From a virus: a DNA stretch of 64,000 nt. Under the pieces are notes generated by a model. That model searched no databases, had not been told where the DNA came from, and worked only from the letters and a program-made list of their open reading frames with translations. The DNA is taken from the IMG/VR virus record IMGVR_UViG_3300005998_000005, positions 940-64,939 of that record; one strand, 5' to 3'. The position numbers were made by a program, and so were the translations under genes. Of the stretch, positions 52,951 to 62,422 are shown in pieces (position 1 is the first letter of the stretch; the number at the start of each line of letters is the position of its first letter).

Positions 52951-55310
52951 TTAGTTGATTTCCACGGTTTCGTTCGATTCGTTACCGACACGGTTGTTGT
53001 AGGCAGCCATGAAGCCGCTGCGCAGGCGATCCTCGAGGGAGAGCTTGCGATCATCCACATCGTGCGGTCTCATTCCGGCGGAACTGCGCATGGGTGTTTC
53101 GCTCGATGCTTTGGACTTCTGCTTTTCAGGCTCTTTTTCCGGTTCCGGCTGAGCCTTGGCATCCGCCTTGGAGCTTTTGGCCATCTTTTCATAGGCGGCC
53201 TCGGTGGCGGCAAAGGCGTCGTCCGACAGCTCCGCCAAACGCTTGAGTTCCGTGTCGCGATCTTCGCCGAAATCCATGCCTTGCTTTTCGAGCTTTGAAA
53301 TCAACTTGTGAGCGCGGGCTTTCGAAGCGGCAGCCTTTTGTTCGGCCTCCAGCTCCTGAATGCGTTTCTGAAGTTCGGCCACCTGAGCTTTCAGCTGGCG
53401 GTTTTCCTTTTCCAGCTCGCCTCCGGGAGCCGGGTTGTCTTCCTGCCGTTCCTGTTTTTTCTTAGCGGCGTCGGCGGACGACTCATCTGGTTTCTCGGTT
53501 TTTTCGTCCATAGTTGGATCTCCTTTGGGTTGGTGTTCAACAGATGGTTCCTGAACCGACGCCACCTGCAGAATGCGGGCATTTTCATCTGCCCCTTTGC
53601 GGTCCAGCAGGCCCAGGCCCGTAAAAGTCACGCCGTGAAGAATCTCGAAGACGGGTTTCCCATCGAGTTCACGGCCCTTAAATTTTCTGAGGTGAGTGCA
53701 GTAATCGGCTTTGCTCTTGAAGCGCTTGTGGCAGACGGAGCATTCACCTTCTTCGTAATCACACTCCATCGATACCTGCGTGATGATGCCTCGCTTCATG
53801 AGCTTGTAGGCCAGCTGGGCATTGGGCGTGTCTCCGGTATAGAGTTCACCCACGCATTCGACCCGGCCGCCACAATCCCGCCGACGATGTCGACAAACTC
53901 CTGCGAGTGCTGCAGGTCGACTTTCTTGTTGATGACGGTCATGTGCCTCGTGGCCAACTCTTCAGCGGTGAAATGGTCACCATTCCGATTGGTGCCGGTT
54001 CGACAGAGGATGAAGGTAAACTGGGGATCACCCGGCAGACCTCCGCTCATCGCTTCGGTGTTCAGTCCCGCATTTTCATTGAGGCAGAGTTCCACCGGGA
54101 TGGATGTATGGATATTGGCGGCGGCAGCCATCGGTACAGGCTTTGCCGCCTGCTCGGTATCCGCATGGGACTGGTTATCTTTCAGGCAAACGAAAAGACG
54201 CTCCTTGGCACTGGAAGCCTCGCCATGCTTGGAGGTGATCGAGTATTTATGGTCCTTGGTTTTCATCCGGCTCTGACGCCCCAGACCGCCGATGATCTTT
54301 TTCATCTGCTGTTCGTTCGGATAGGCATGATCTCGGTATGAAATAAGCCAGTGCGGGATATGGGTGGCGTTGCCGAGAAACTCCTGAAAGAAGTCGGAGG
54401 CGTTGCCCTTGGTGACCGTCACATGGCTGGTTTCGTAGTTTTTGACCTTGGTATCCGCCTTAATGGTCAGGCCGTCCCAATACGTCATCAGCCCTTCGAC
54501 AAAGTGATAGGCTTTTTCGTAATTGGTGGTCGAAAACTCGGTGGCATACGGCGGATCAAAGTAAGCGAGGTCAGCCTTCACCTTGGGAAGGATCTCGTTA
54601 ACATCCCCGCGATAGGCTTTGTTTTCCTTGCCGTTATCGAATATCAGGGCGTTGATCCGCTCGATATTCGCTTTCAGGCGTTTTTTGAATTCGTCAGGGG
54701 TGTCCTGACGCTTGCCGTAATCGGTGGAAGACGAAAAGTGGCCGAATCCGCCTTTGCCGCTCATGCAGGTTTTACCGAGGGCAAACAGCGCGATGTCCTT
54801 TTTGTATCCGGACAGATCGTCACAATTGGCTCTCAACGAGTCGATGAGTGCATGGACACCTTTGGCAAAGAAAATCCCTTTGAAATTGTCCTTAACAAAG
54901 GTTTTGGCTTTGGGATTGTCCGCCAGCAGCTTCTCGATCTCTGCCTCGGACAGCTTCGTCGAGCTGTTTTCGATAATGGCTCTGGCTGCGTGGTGACTGT
55001 AGCGAAGACGGTCATTGGCAAAAACCCGCAGCCCTTTGGATTTGTACATGTAAGCAACAACGGCCGAGCCGGAAAAGGCATCCAGAACGGAGGAAACTCT
55101 GTCCGGGGTGTTACGCCAGATCCAGTCGACCAGTTTCTGTTTGCTGCCGATGTAGTTGGTGATGTACTTGGGGCGTTTCTCCGGGGGCTGCTCTTCAGGA
55201 GCCTTCTGTTCGGCTGCATCGGTCCCGAGCTCGTCGGGATCGATTGCGAGCGCCGCATCTGCCTCAAGGAGGAACGCCAGCCTTTCCAGGTCAGTGGCAA
55301 ACATTTCCAT
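52951..55310 (-). pseudogene. Fusion of D12-class DNA adenine methyltransferase, prohead protease and scaffold; frameshift near 53870
   Basis: YIGSKQKLVDWI, VLDAFSGS and YFDPPY, then without a stop VDLQHSQEF.DIVG; the next ORF continues with RGIITQVSMEC, CSVC..YCTH and a coiled-coil tail. Confidence 0.78.
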
Positions 55311-55376
55311 CAAATTCTCCGGTTCAATCACTGTTATTTGCCCCGATCGCACCGGGCGAGCGGGAGGTTTCAGCGA

Positions 55377-55407
55377 TTACTTACCGGAAGGCTTTGAAAT
55401 GTGTCGG
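55377..55407 (-). promoter_or_regulatory. Bipartite late-promoter-like motif, copy upstream of the MTase-protease/capsid block
   Basis: TTACTTACCGGA-N14-GTCGG. Confidence 0.75.
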
Positions 55408-55416
55408 AAAGGCGTC

Positions 55417-56280
55417 TCAAATATTTTTCAGTTTGATATCACTCAACACAGGAAGGTTGGTGCATCTGCAAAATGGATGTGCCGGTTGCCCCGGGAATTT
55501 ATCAATCGGGAAGGTTTTACCATTGAGCGGACCACAGACCGGACAGGTTCGCTCGTCACCCATGGTCATCCATTCCAGCTTTTTAATTCCGACATGCTGG
55601 TGGAACTTGATTCGCCCCATGTTGTGCGCCCGCAACACCTCGGTCCGGGCGATCATTTCCATACGGTACTGCGCCTTGCTGAAGACTTTTGTTCCGGCCT
55701 GCTTGAAGGAGTCTTTGTAGATGACAACCCGTCCGAGGTCCCGGACAATTTCATCCGTACCTTTTCCTTCTATGATGCCCTGCATGATCACGCGCTTTAT
55801 ACCGTCAGCCAGTTCCCGATTTACATCACCGGCAAGCGTCAAGTTGTATTGCGTCATGAAGTCGAGGGCATTGGTGTCGACGATGGAGAACACTTTGGTG
55901 GCCAGTTTGTCGATACCATCTGGCTTGAGGTCGGCATAGAATGGCAGTGATGCGGATGTCAGCTCGGTAATACCCTGAGCGATGCCGCCCTTGAAAGCAT
56001 CCTTGGTGCTCTTGCGGAAAACAAGTGTCTGGTCCCGCTTCAACTGGCTCTGTATCTCGTTCAACTCGCCCTGTAATTTCTCCAGACCTTTCAACGCAGC
56101 CAGCTTGTTGTCCGGCAGAGATCCAAGGCTACGGTATTTCAAAATGGCTTGAGCCACTTCCTGCTCAGCCTTGTTGAGGGACTGAGTCAGTTGGGCGGCA
56201 ATGGAATCATTGTAACGGTTGCGGGATTTCAGGCTCTTGAGTATTGCCGCCTGAATGCGTTCTTTAAGGTCGGAAGGCAT
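55417..56280 (-). CDS. Minor head morphogenesis protein (SPP1 gp7/MuF family)
   Basis: MIARTEVLRAHN, EWMTMGDERTCPVC, PAHPFCRC. Confidence 0.88.
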   Translation of the reverse strand: MPSDLKERIQAAILKSLKSRNRYNDSIAAQLTQSLNKAEQEVAQAILKYRSLGSLPDNKLAALKGLEKLQGELNEIQSQLKRDQTLVFRKSTKDAFKGGIAQGITELTSASLPFYADLKPDGIDKLATKVFSIVDTNALDFMTQYNLTLAGDVNRELADGIKRVIMQGIIEGKGTDEIVRDLGRVVIYKDSFKQAGTKVFSKAQYRMEMIARTEVLRAHNMGRIKFHQHVGIKKLEWMTMGDERTCPVCGPLNGKTFPIDKFPGQPAHPFCRCTNLPVLSDIKLKNI

Positions 56281-56282
56281 GG

Positions 56283-57788
56283 TCAGGACTCTCGGCGATC
56301 AATAAACCTGCAGGCCGGGGAATCGAAGGTGCGCTCGGTGTTGTGTACCCGGCAGCGATTGGACTCGGGGTTGAAGTGGCTGCACTCATCACACAGGGAA
56401 GTTGCCGCCGTTGCTTCCAGCTCCGCTGAACAGTGATAGTGTGCCTCGGTATCGAGATCATTGCCGTCAGCAGGAATACCGAGCATCTTTCTTGCGCTGG
56501 GCAGACTCATTATTCCGGAAACCACCATATCAACGACCGGCTTCACCTGTTTTTCATCCATCAGGTCGATGTTCTTGCGCTCAGTCTCGCGGTTGGCAGC
56601 CTCGATATCCGGGTCCAGATCCATCTTGAGCTGCAGGCTGGAGCGGCTGATCAATTTGCGGTCATACAGCTCGATGAGCAGCTTCTTGAAGTCGACGGCA
56701 TCACTTGGGTCGAGGTCATTGAAGATGAATTGCAGGGATTTGTCGGCGTGGCCTTTCAGTTCCATCCAGTCATCGAAGACCCAGTCGAGTAGTTTGCGGG
56801 CGGCCTGTTTGATCTCCCGGATCATGACCATCATTTTCTGCATACTAACAGAAGCCGTGGCAAAGTTGGGACCGTCGCCGGTTACCAAGGACCGGGAAAG
56901 GCCCAGCGCCACCACAATGTCTTCTTTGACCTCCTTGACCTTGTCTTCGACGTTGAGCACCTGGCCATCGGTGCCGTGAGTTTCCACATTCACATAGAAC
57001 GGGACCACAAGGCCGCTTTTCATATCCATCTTGTTGACCATGTCACGGACCTGTTCCAGCATCCGCTGGTCGGGCATCACCATTTTTTGTCCGAAGGCTC
57101 CGCCCACTTTGAGCAAGCGAAACGGAGTGGCCCAGCGCTTGGCAATAGCCTGTTCGGCTCGGCGGTAGTCACGCAGCAGTTCGATGGCCTGAAAGGCGGG
57201 CAAAACAAGTGAGTTGCCTCTTGGTGAAAAGCCCGGGGCATCCCATTTCAAGTGGATGACCTGATCCACCGGAAGGTCGATGGGGTCGCTTGCAGATCCT
57301 GAATCTTCGGCGTATTGCTTGGCTTCAATGAGATCGCCTTGGGCATACTTTACCTTCACCGAAACCGGATTGACGCATACCACTTCCTCGATGTCCTAAC
57401 CGGAAGTTGCATAGCGCTTGAACCCAACGGCATCGCCTTTGACGAGCAGCTGAAGGATCATGTCCTTTATGAATTCCGAGACGTTAAGTCGCCATGCGGT
57501 GCTGACCGCATCGTCTTTCAGCGTCTCGTCATCACTGGTGATTTTGATCTCATCCCCGACTGCAAAGGTGCGCCATGAATTGACGCAGTTCTTTACCAGC
57601 GGCTCTTCGACATAGTATTCCCAAGCCTTTCTGGCTCGCTCTTCCCATGTGGCCGGAACCGCGTCCGACGCGTTTACCTTGCTGAAGGCAGATGCATCGA
57701 GGGCTGCCGCTGCAGCCATGGGCACAATGGCATATCCATTGGATTCGTTGTCAGGCTGCTCGGTATCTGGCTGGGCGTTTGTATCCAC
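56283..57788 (-). pseudogene. Portal protein, in-frame TAG at 57396-57398
   Basis: YYVEEPLVKNC, VIHLKW..RGNSLVLPAF, QFIFNDLD; both halves in the same frame; lies between terL and gp7. Confidence 0.78.
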
Positions 57789-57863
57789 GTAATCCTCTCG
57801 GGTTATTTCCGGTTTAACGGCCGCACATCTCCCCGCTGTGGGGCGATCACGGCAACACTGGGG

Positions 57864-57894
57864 TTACTTACCGGATGGAGAGGAAAAACGTCGG
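57864..57894 (-). promoter_or_regulatory. Bipartite late-promoter-like motif, copy upstream of the portal
   Basis: TTACTTACCGGA-N14-GTCGG. Confidence 0.75.
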
Positions 57895-57916
57895 AAAGGC
57901 GGTGGGTGCTTGTTGT

Positions 57917-57952
57917 AAATTTAAGAAGATGGCGAACAATCTTCTTAAATTT
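57917..57952. repeat. Perfect 14-bp inverted repeat with an 8-bp spacer
   Basis: AAATTTAAGAAGAT-GGCGAACA-ATCTTCTTAAATTT. Confidence 0.8.
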
Positions 57953-57984
57953 GTAACATTGGGGAGAGTGATATGCACGCAGTC

Positions 57985-58029
57985 AAAAAAGACAAAACCT
58001 CTTCACTTATTCACAAGTGCAGAGGTTTT
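57985..58029 (-). terminator. Probable terminator of the abiE operon
   Basis: AAAACCTCT/AGAGGTTTT stem with inner CACTT/AAGTG pairing and a downstream U run. Confidence 0.5.
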
Positions 58030-58039
58030 ACAAAATTGA

Positions 58040-58930
58040 TCATGACCATGGGCCAGCCGGTTTCCAAGTGATATGATCGGATATACCTTTGATTACCGGC
58101 TCCAGAAACAGCTCGACCTCAGTCGCCATCTCTTGGAAGGATTCAGGAACATGATCCTGCTTTAATCGTTTACGGAAGGCTGCCCACATCGGTTGGCGTG
58201 ATGAAATAAAATCTGCTGAAAAGGCATCGATAGGCTCATTCAATTCCGTCCCGCGTTGCTTGAAGGTAAGCCTTACAGCCTCAGCAAGACTGCTTAATTC
58301 AAACTCAAACTGACGAGACAAAAGCCAGATGTCATAAAAATCCTTCATGCGGCTATTCAATTGTCCAAGCTTTATCATTGCCTCAAATTTCTCGGCAATG
58401 GCGCTTTCCCGGCTGTAGCAAAGAAGCGATGGTGCCGGAGAGTCCAACATGCAAGGTAGTTCTGCTTTCTCAGGTCCCGGATAAACGATGTCTCCAAATC
58501 CAATATCTATCTGCATGCTGATTCTGGTAGTGCCCAGAGCACCGCGAAACCTCACTCGGATTCCTTCATAGTCGGCATCTTCGGTGATTCGCTCCATCTG
58601 AATGGAATCGGAATCAAAGGTTAAACCGTCAGGCTCAATTTCCATGGCAAGTATATCCCGGATCTGCGCGGTAATATTTTCTTCTTCGTTTCCGGTCTTT
58701 CCCAGCATATCAATGTCCATAGTCGGCCTGAACTCTGGTGACTTCCAAGCCCGGAGCATGAGTGCTCCCTTGAGGATGTAATGCTGCGCGTGATCTGACA
58801 GAGACAGACGGTATAAGAACCGCTCCATGGCATAATACTGAAGCAGCTCATTGAATGAACGGTTGTCAGCTTTCGACCGATTGAGAAGCCGTTGTCTTAC
58901 CGAGGCGGAAACGTTCTGGGGCGATTTCAT
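58040..58930 (-). CDS. abiEii: AbiEii-family nucleotidyltransferase toxin (type IV TA)
   Basis: YAMERFLYRL, LKGALML, RPTMDIDML, EKFEAM, NSRMKDFYDI. Confidence 0.92.
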   Translation of the reverse strand: MKSPQNVSASVRQRLLNRSKADNRSFNELLQYYAMERFLYRLSLSDHAQHYILKGALMLRAWKSPEFRPTMDIDMLGKTGNEEENITAQIRDILAMEIEPDGLTFDSDSIQMERITEDADYEGIRVRFRGALGTTRISMQIDIGFGDIVYPGPEKAELPCMLDSPAPSLLCYSRESAIAEKFEAMIKLGQLNSRMKDFYDIWLLSRQFEFELSSLAEAVRLTFKQRGTELNEPIDAFSADFISSRQPMWAAFRKRLKQDHVPESFQEMATEVELFLEPVIKGISDHITWKPAGPWS

Positions 58931-59520
58931 ATGCTTGCCTCCAGATATGGGCGCACAATTTTATCAACCCGACAAATCTTGGCGTATTCCAGAATCTTTC
59001 TATGGTCAAACTTCTTCCTTCCCTTGTAAAGCTTCAGTGCCTCAAGGACGACATCCATCCCGATTTTGTTCCGGAACTTGAAGCAATCGGGCAGTGTCTT
59101 TTCCGGGCTATATACTTTTACGGTAACTCCATCAATTTGATGTTCCTCAATCCCTGCTTGGTAAGCCTGATCTGTAAATCGGTGAACAAGCAGTGGTGGA
59201 TATTCGAGTGATGGCGGATGGGAGTCCCGGGGGATGGCTATTGAAACCTCATGTGGTATTTGTGTGGTAATTTCATGAAACGAGAGTGCAGAGATTAGAC
59301 AGACGACGGCGTTGGGATATCGCAGGGCAACAGTAACCAGATCAGGATTACTGACAGGAGGCAGCTCAACCAGCCGATATACGCCTCTACTGATTTGCTC
59401 AATTATCCCTTTGTCTCGAAGCGAATAGAGCATGTAACGGGTAATGCCTTGTTCAATCGCCTCGCTCATGCGAAGCTGACCGCCGCATTTACGAAATATT
59501 TTAACCGGGTCTGTTTTCAC
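58927..59520 (-). CDS. abiEi: AbiEi-family antitoxin/transcriptional regulator
   Basis: IEQISRGVYRL, VCLISALSFHEITT, VYSPEKTLPDCFKFRNKIG; ATGA overlap with the toxin. Confidence 0.9.
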   Translation of the reverse strand: MKTDPVKIFRKCGGQLRMSEAIEQGITRYMLYSLRDKGIIEQISRGVYRLVELPPVSNPDLVTVALRYPNAVVCLISALSFHEITTQIPHEVSIAIPRDSHPPSLEYPPLLVHRFTDQAYQAGIEEHQIDGVTVKVYSPEKTLPDCFKFRNKIGMDVVLEALKLYKGRKKFDHRKILEYAKICRVDKIVRPYLEASI

Positions 59521-59536
59521 TTGCGTCTCCAGACAA

Positions 59537-59594
59537 ATAATCCACACATATAAACATCTGGTAAGAATATGTCTGATTATCGGCAAAAAATCAA
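59537..59594 (-). promoter_or_regulatory. abiE promoter with an imperfect inverted repeat (probable autoregulatory operator)
   Basis: TTGATT-N17-CATATT; arms ATAATCCACACATAT and ATATGTCTGATTAT. Confidence 0.55.
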
Positions 59595-59611
59595 GGTAAA
59601 TTCTTGAAATA

Positions 59612-61138
59612 TCAAAAAAAGACCGGCTCTGTCAGAACAGGCTTGAGCCAAACGGTCTCTTCACCAGCAAGGTCGAGGTTGCCTTGCTCCCGAATGAGCA
59701 TAGCACAGCGGACCGCGTCGATGATGTGGTCGTTGCCTTTGGAGTAGATAATCTTACCGTCCCGCAGGGTGTAAGTCTGGGTGGTGAACTGATCTTCAAT
59801 TTCCAGATCGTCTGACGGGAAGATGATCTGTTTGCGCTGGAGGGCACCGTTGATCAGGCTGGTCATCAGTTCCTTTGTCCGCTTTTTGATTTCCTTGCCG
59901 TCGCGGATGGTGAGCCGGGTCATGCCGCCGAAGTCAAAACCTTTCAGTCGGCCTTCCAGTTCCAGCTCTTTGTATTTGTCGAGGGTCAATAGTTCCTGCA
60001 CTACGGCCAGACCGTTGCCGCCATTATCCACGCCGATTCCCGCCGGAGTGAAATAGCGTTCGAGCAGTGCGATGGTCTGGGCAATATGCGGATACGATAC
60101 ATGCTCCATGTGTAGGCGCAGCACCAGTTTCAGGATACTGCGATCACCCACCTCGGCTTCCTGAAAGATAACCAGCTCGGTCGGGTCGTTTGTATATCCA
60201 AGGTCACCGCCAATCCAGAACAGTCCGGTTCGGGGCGTCAGGTTAAGCAGTAGTTCAAGCCGGTCATAGGCGGCTTCCTCCGTTTCACAATCTCGCAGCT
60301 CGGTATCGGTAATGGTGACCTTCTGATATTCCAGCAATTCCTGACGGCAGAGATTGAACTGCTCCACGTTGAACGTCCCGTAGGAAGGCTTTCCGTGTTC
60401 CCCGGCAACCTCATGCTGCCAGCCCGAGGTATCTTTGCCACCGTAGAACTCCAGCAGCTCCGACTCACGTTCAGCGGTCCAGAACGGATTGAGCCACGAT
60501 GCCCAGCGAAACACCCTGAACTGCTCCGACATAGTCAGTCGATAGTAGGTAGTGTTTCGCAGGCCGTTGGGCGTGGAATAGATTTTCAGACGGCCGCCTG
60601 TTTTTAGACATTGTCTGAGAGCCTTCCATGCGCGTTCGGAAAGCCACGCTCCTTCATCCACCCAGATCCGGCCGACATGAAGTGAGCGGAAAGCATCGCC
60701 ATAGGCACCGGCCGGGCGGAAATAAAGAACCGATCCATTGGTAAACTCCAAACGGAAATACGGCTTCCGGGTGATTTTCGGTTTGCCGTATTTCGAGAGT
60801 GCAATGCTGTTCATCAAGTCTTCATTGTGATCCAGCTGGTATTCGATTTCCTCGATGACCGTATCGAGATGTCCCTGATGAGGAGCGGCAATCAATCCCT
60901 GTCCGCCGCGAGTCGTGAAGGCATAGTGCAGTGCATCCGTCGAAAGCACGATCGACTTACCAACGTCACGGCCATCGAGGTGGATGATGTTTTTATGGGA
61001 GCAGCGGAGATCTTCCTTCTGATGGTCCCAATACGACCGTGCCGAACCGTCCCGGTTGTAGAGATATGCTTGTCCCCACAAAACCGGGTCACGGAGTGTT
61101 GCGGCCAGCCTGCGCTCCTTATCAGAGACACCCATCAA
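59612..61138 (-). CDS. terL: Terminase large subunit
   Basis: GRDVGKS Walker A variant, IWVDEG Walker B, IYSTPNG, IGGDLG and NDHIIDA nuclease motifs. Confidence 0.88.
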   Translation of the reverse strand: MMGVSDKERRLAATLRDPVLWGQAYLYNRDGSARSYWDHQKEDLRCSHKNIIHLDGRDVGKSIVLSTDALHYAFTTRGGQGLIAAPHQGHLDTVIEEIEYQLDHNEDLMNSIALSKYGKPKITRKPYFRLEFTNGSVLYFRPAGAYGDAFRSLHVGRIWVDEGAWLSERAWKALRQCLKTGGRLKIYSTPNGLRNTTYYRLTMSEQFRVFRWASWLNPFWTAERESELLEFYGGKDTSGWQHEVAGEHGKPSYGTFNVEQFNLCRQELLEYQKVTITDTELRDCETEEAAYDRLELLLNLTPRTGLFWIGGDLGYTNDPTELVIFQEAEVGDRSILKLVLRLHMEHVSYPHIAQTIALLERYFTPAGIGVDNGGNGLAVVQELLTLDKYKELELEGRLKGFDFGGMTRLTIRDGKEIKKRTKELMTSLINGALQRKQIIFPSDDLEIEDQFTTQTYTLRDGKIIYSKGNDHIIDAVRCAMLIREQGNLDLAGEETVWLKPVLTEPVFF

Positions 61139-61413
61139 TGCATTCCTTTGCGGATGGCAATTCCAAGAACCGATGAGATCAGCTCTGTGAGGATCTGCTG
61201 GACCGCCAATGTGTTCGTCCTGTTACTGACAGCCTCCTCGATATCCAGAATGGCCTGATCGAGTTCCTGCCATTCCACGTATTTCTGCCGGGCGGCTTCC
61301 ATACGTTCGAATGCGTCGTCTATGCGCCCGGCCGCCAGCTCGGAGCCGATATCGACCAGTGCCTGACCAGCCTCCCGGATCGCTTCGCTGTTTTGTTCGA
61401 GTATTTGTTTCAT
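61135..61413 (-). CDS. Phage hypothetical protein
   Basis: 92 aa, overlaps both neighbours by 4 nt. Confidence 0.6.
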   Translation of the reverse strand: MKQILEQNSEAIREAGQALVDIGSELAAGRIDDAFERMEAARQKYVEWQELDQAILDIEEAVSNRTNTLAVQQILTELISSVLGIAIRKGMH

Positions 61414-61682
61414 TGTTCACTGTCCTCCGGATTTGTGTTCGCCCAGCTATCCAGTGAATCAATGGCTTTCTGCAGACGCAGGCCGATTCCGACCAGACGT
61501 TCCGCATCCGGATGATTGGATTCAACCAGAGCCTTGTTTGCCTCCCGGACATATTCCGGGGTGTAGCGGTTCAGGGTGGATGTTGCCGACTGAATCTGCT
61601 CAGGCGGCCTGTACGTGGCGCAGCCAGCAATCATACCGGCCAGCGTCAATGGGATTACCCATTCGAGTGCTTTCTTTAACAT
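61410..61682 (-). CDS. Predicted lipoprotein (spanin-like candidate)
   Basis: Signal peptide with lipobox MIAG-C. Confidence 0.6.
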   Translation of the reverse strand: MLKKALEWVIPLTLAGMIAGCATYRPPEQIQSATSTLNRYTPEYVREANKALVESNHPDAERLVGIGLRLQKAIDSLDSWANTNPEDSEQ

Positions 61683-61822
61683 GTTGCGCTCCTTTGTTTT
61701 AGAGTTGTTGAATTAATGCAGAAGTATCTCTGCAAACACTTGATTTCCAAGGGGATATAAGCGCCATTGGACATGACGCGGGACGGTCCCGCAGAACCAT
61801 AAACCGAAGCAGGAGACGCCCC

Positions 61823-62017
61823 ATGAAACAGGTAAAAAACAGCGACGACGCCAGAACGGCCTACCAAAAGCGCCAGGACAACATTGCCGAGTACATCCAG
61901 CGGATTCAGCAGAAGCTGGCCGCAGATGCCGGGCAATCGAATATCAACTGGGTGCATGTCGGGTCGCTCGGGCATGTCGAAGAGCTGCTCCAGCAGATCG
62001 ATGAGTTTCTGGGCTAA
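61823..62017 (+). CDS. Small protein with an INWVHVGSL motif
   Basis: RBS GGAG; first gene of the plus-strand cassette. Confidence 0.65.
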   Translation: MKQVKNSDDARTAYQKRQDNIAEYIQRIQQKLAADAGQSNINWVHVGSLGHVEELLQQIDEFLG

Positions 62018-62050
62018 GCCACCGGCTTCAAAAACAAAGGAGTTAATGCC

Positions 62051-62422
62051 ATGACAGAAATGACCATTCATGAAACCACAGCCGCCTTCATCAACCATCT
62101 TCGGGAGAACGGCAAAAAGGCGCGGACGCTCTACACCTACCGGAAGGACCTCGATCTCATCGAGGGATACTTCGGCAAAGACAAGAAGCTTCAGGAGCTG
62201 CGTATCACTCAGGTTGGAAAGTTCCTCAAATGCGATGCGCTGCTGAAGCTCGGAAATGGCAATGCCCGGGCCGAGAGAACCGTCGCCAAGACCATCCGCG
62301 TGTTCCGGATGATGTTGGTCTGGGCCAAGGATACCGGACTTATCGATGAGCTCCCGCTGCCCAAGAGCACCCCGATGGGACACAGCAAGCAGACGGAGGT
62401 GACCGATGCCGAACAGCAGTGA
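62051..62422 (+). CDS. Stand-alone integrase N-terminal (SAM-like/core-binding) domain protein
   Basis: FINHLRENGKKARTLYTYRKDL...TIRVFRMMLVWA; no catalytic domain. Confidence 0.72.
   Translation: MTEMTIHETTAAFINHLRENGKKARTLYTYRKDLDLIEGYFGKDKKLQELRITQVGKFLKCDALLKLGNGNARAERTVAKTIRVFRMMLVWAKDTGLIDELPLPKSTPMGHSKQTEVTDAEQQ

Noticed and set aside
8674-57398. Stop-codon reassignment or read-through explaining the four in-frame stops
   Set aside because: Two are TAA and two are TAG, the expected residues differ (Glu, Trp, probably Gln), and TAA terminates many genes here; each is one substitution from a sense codon
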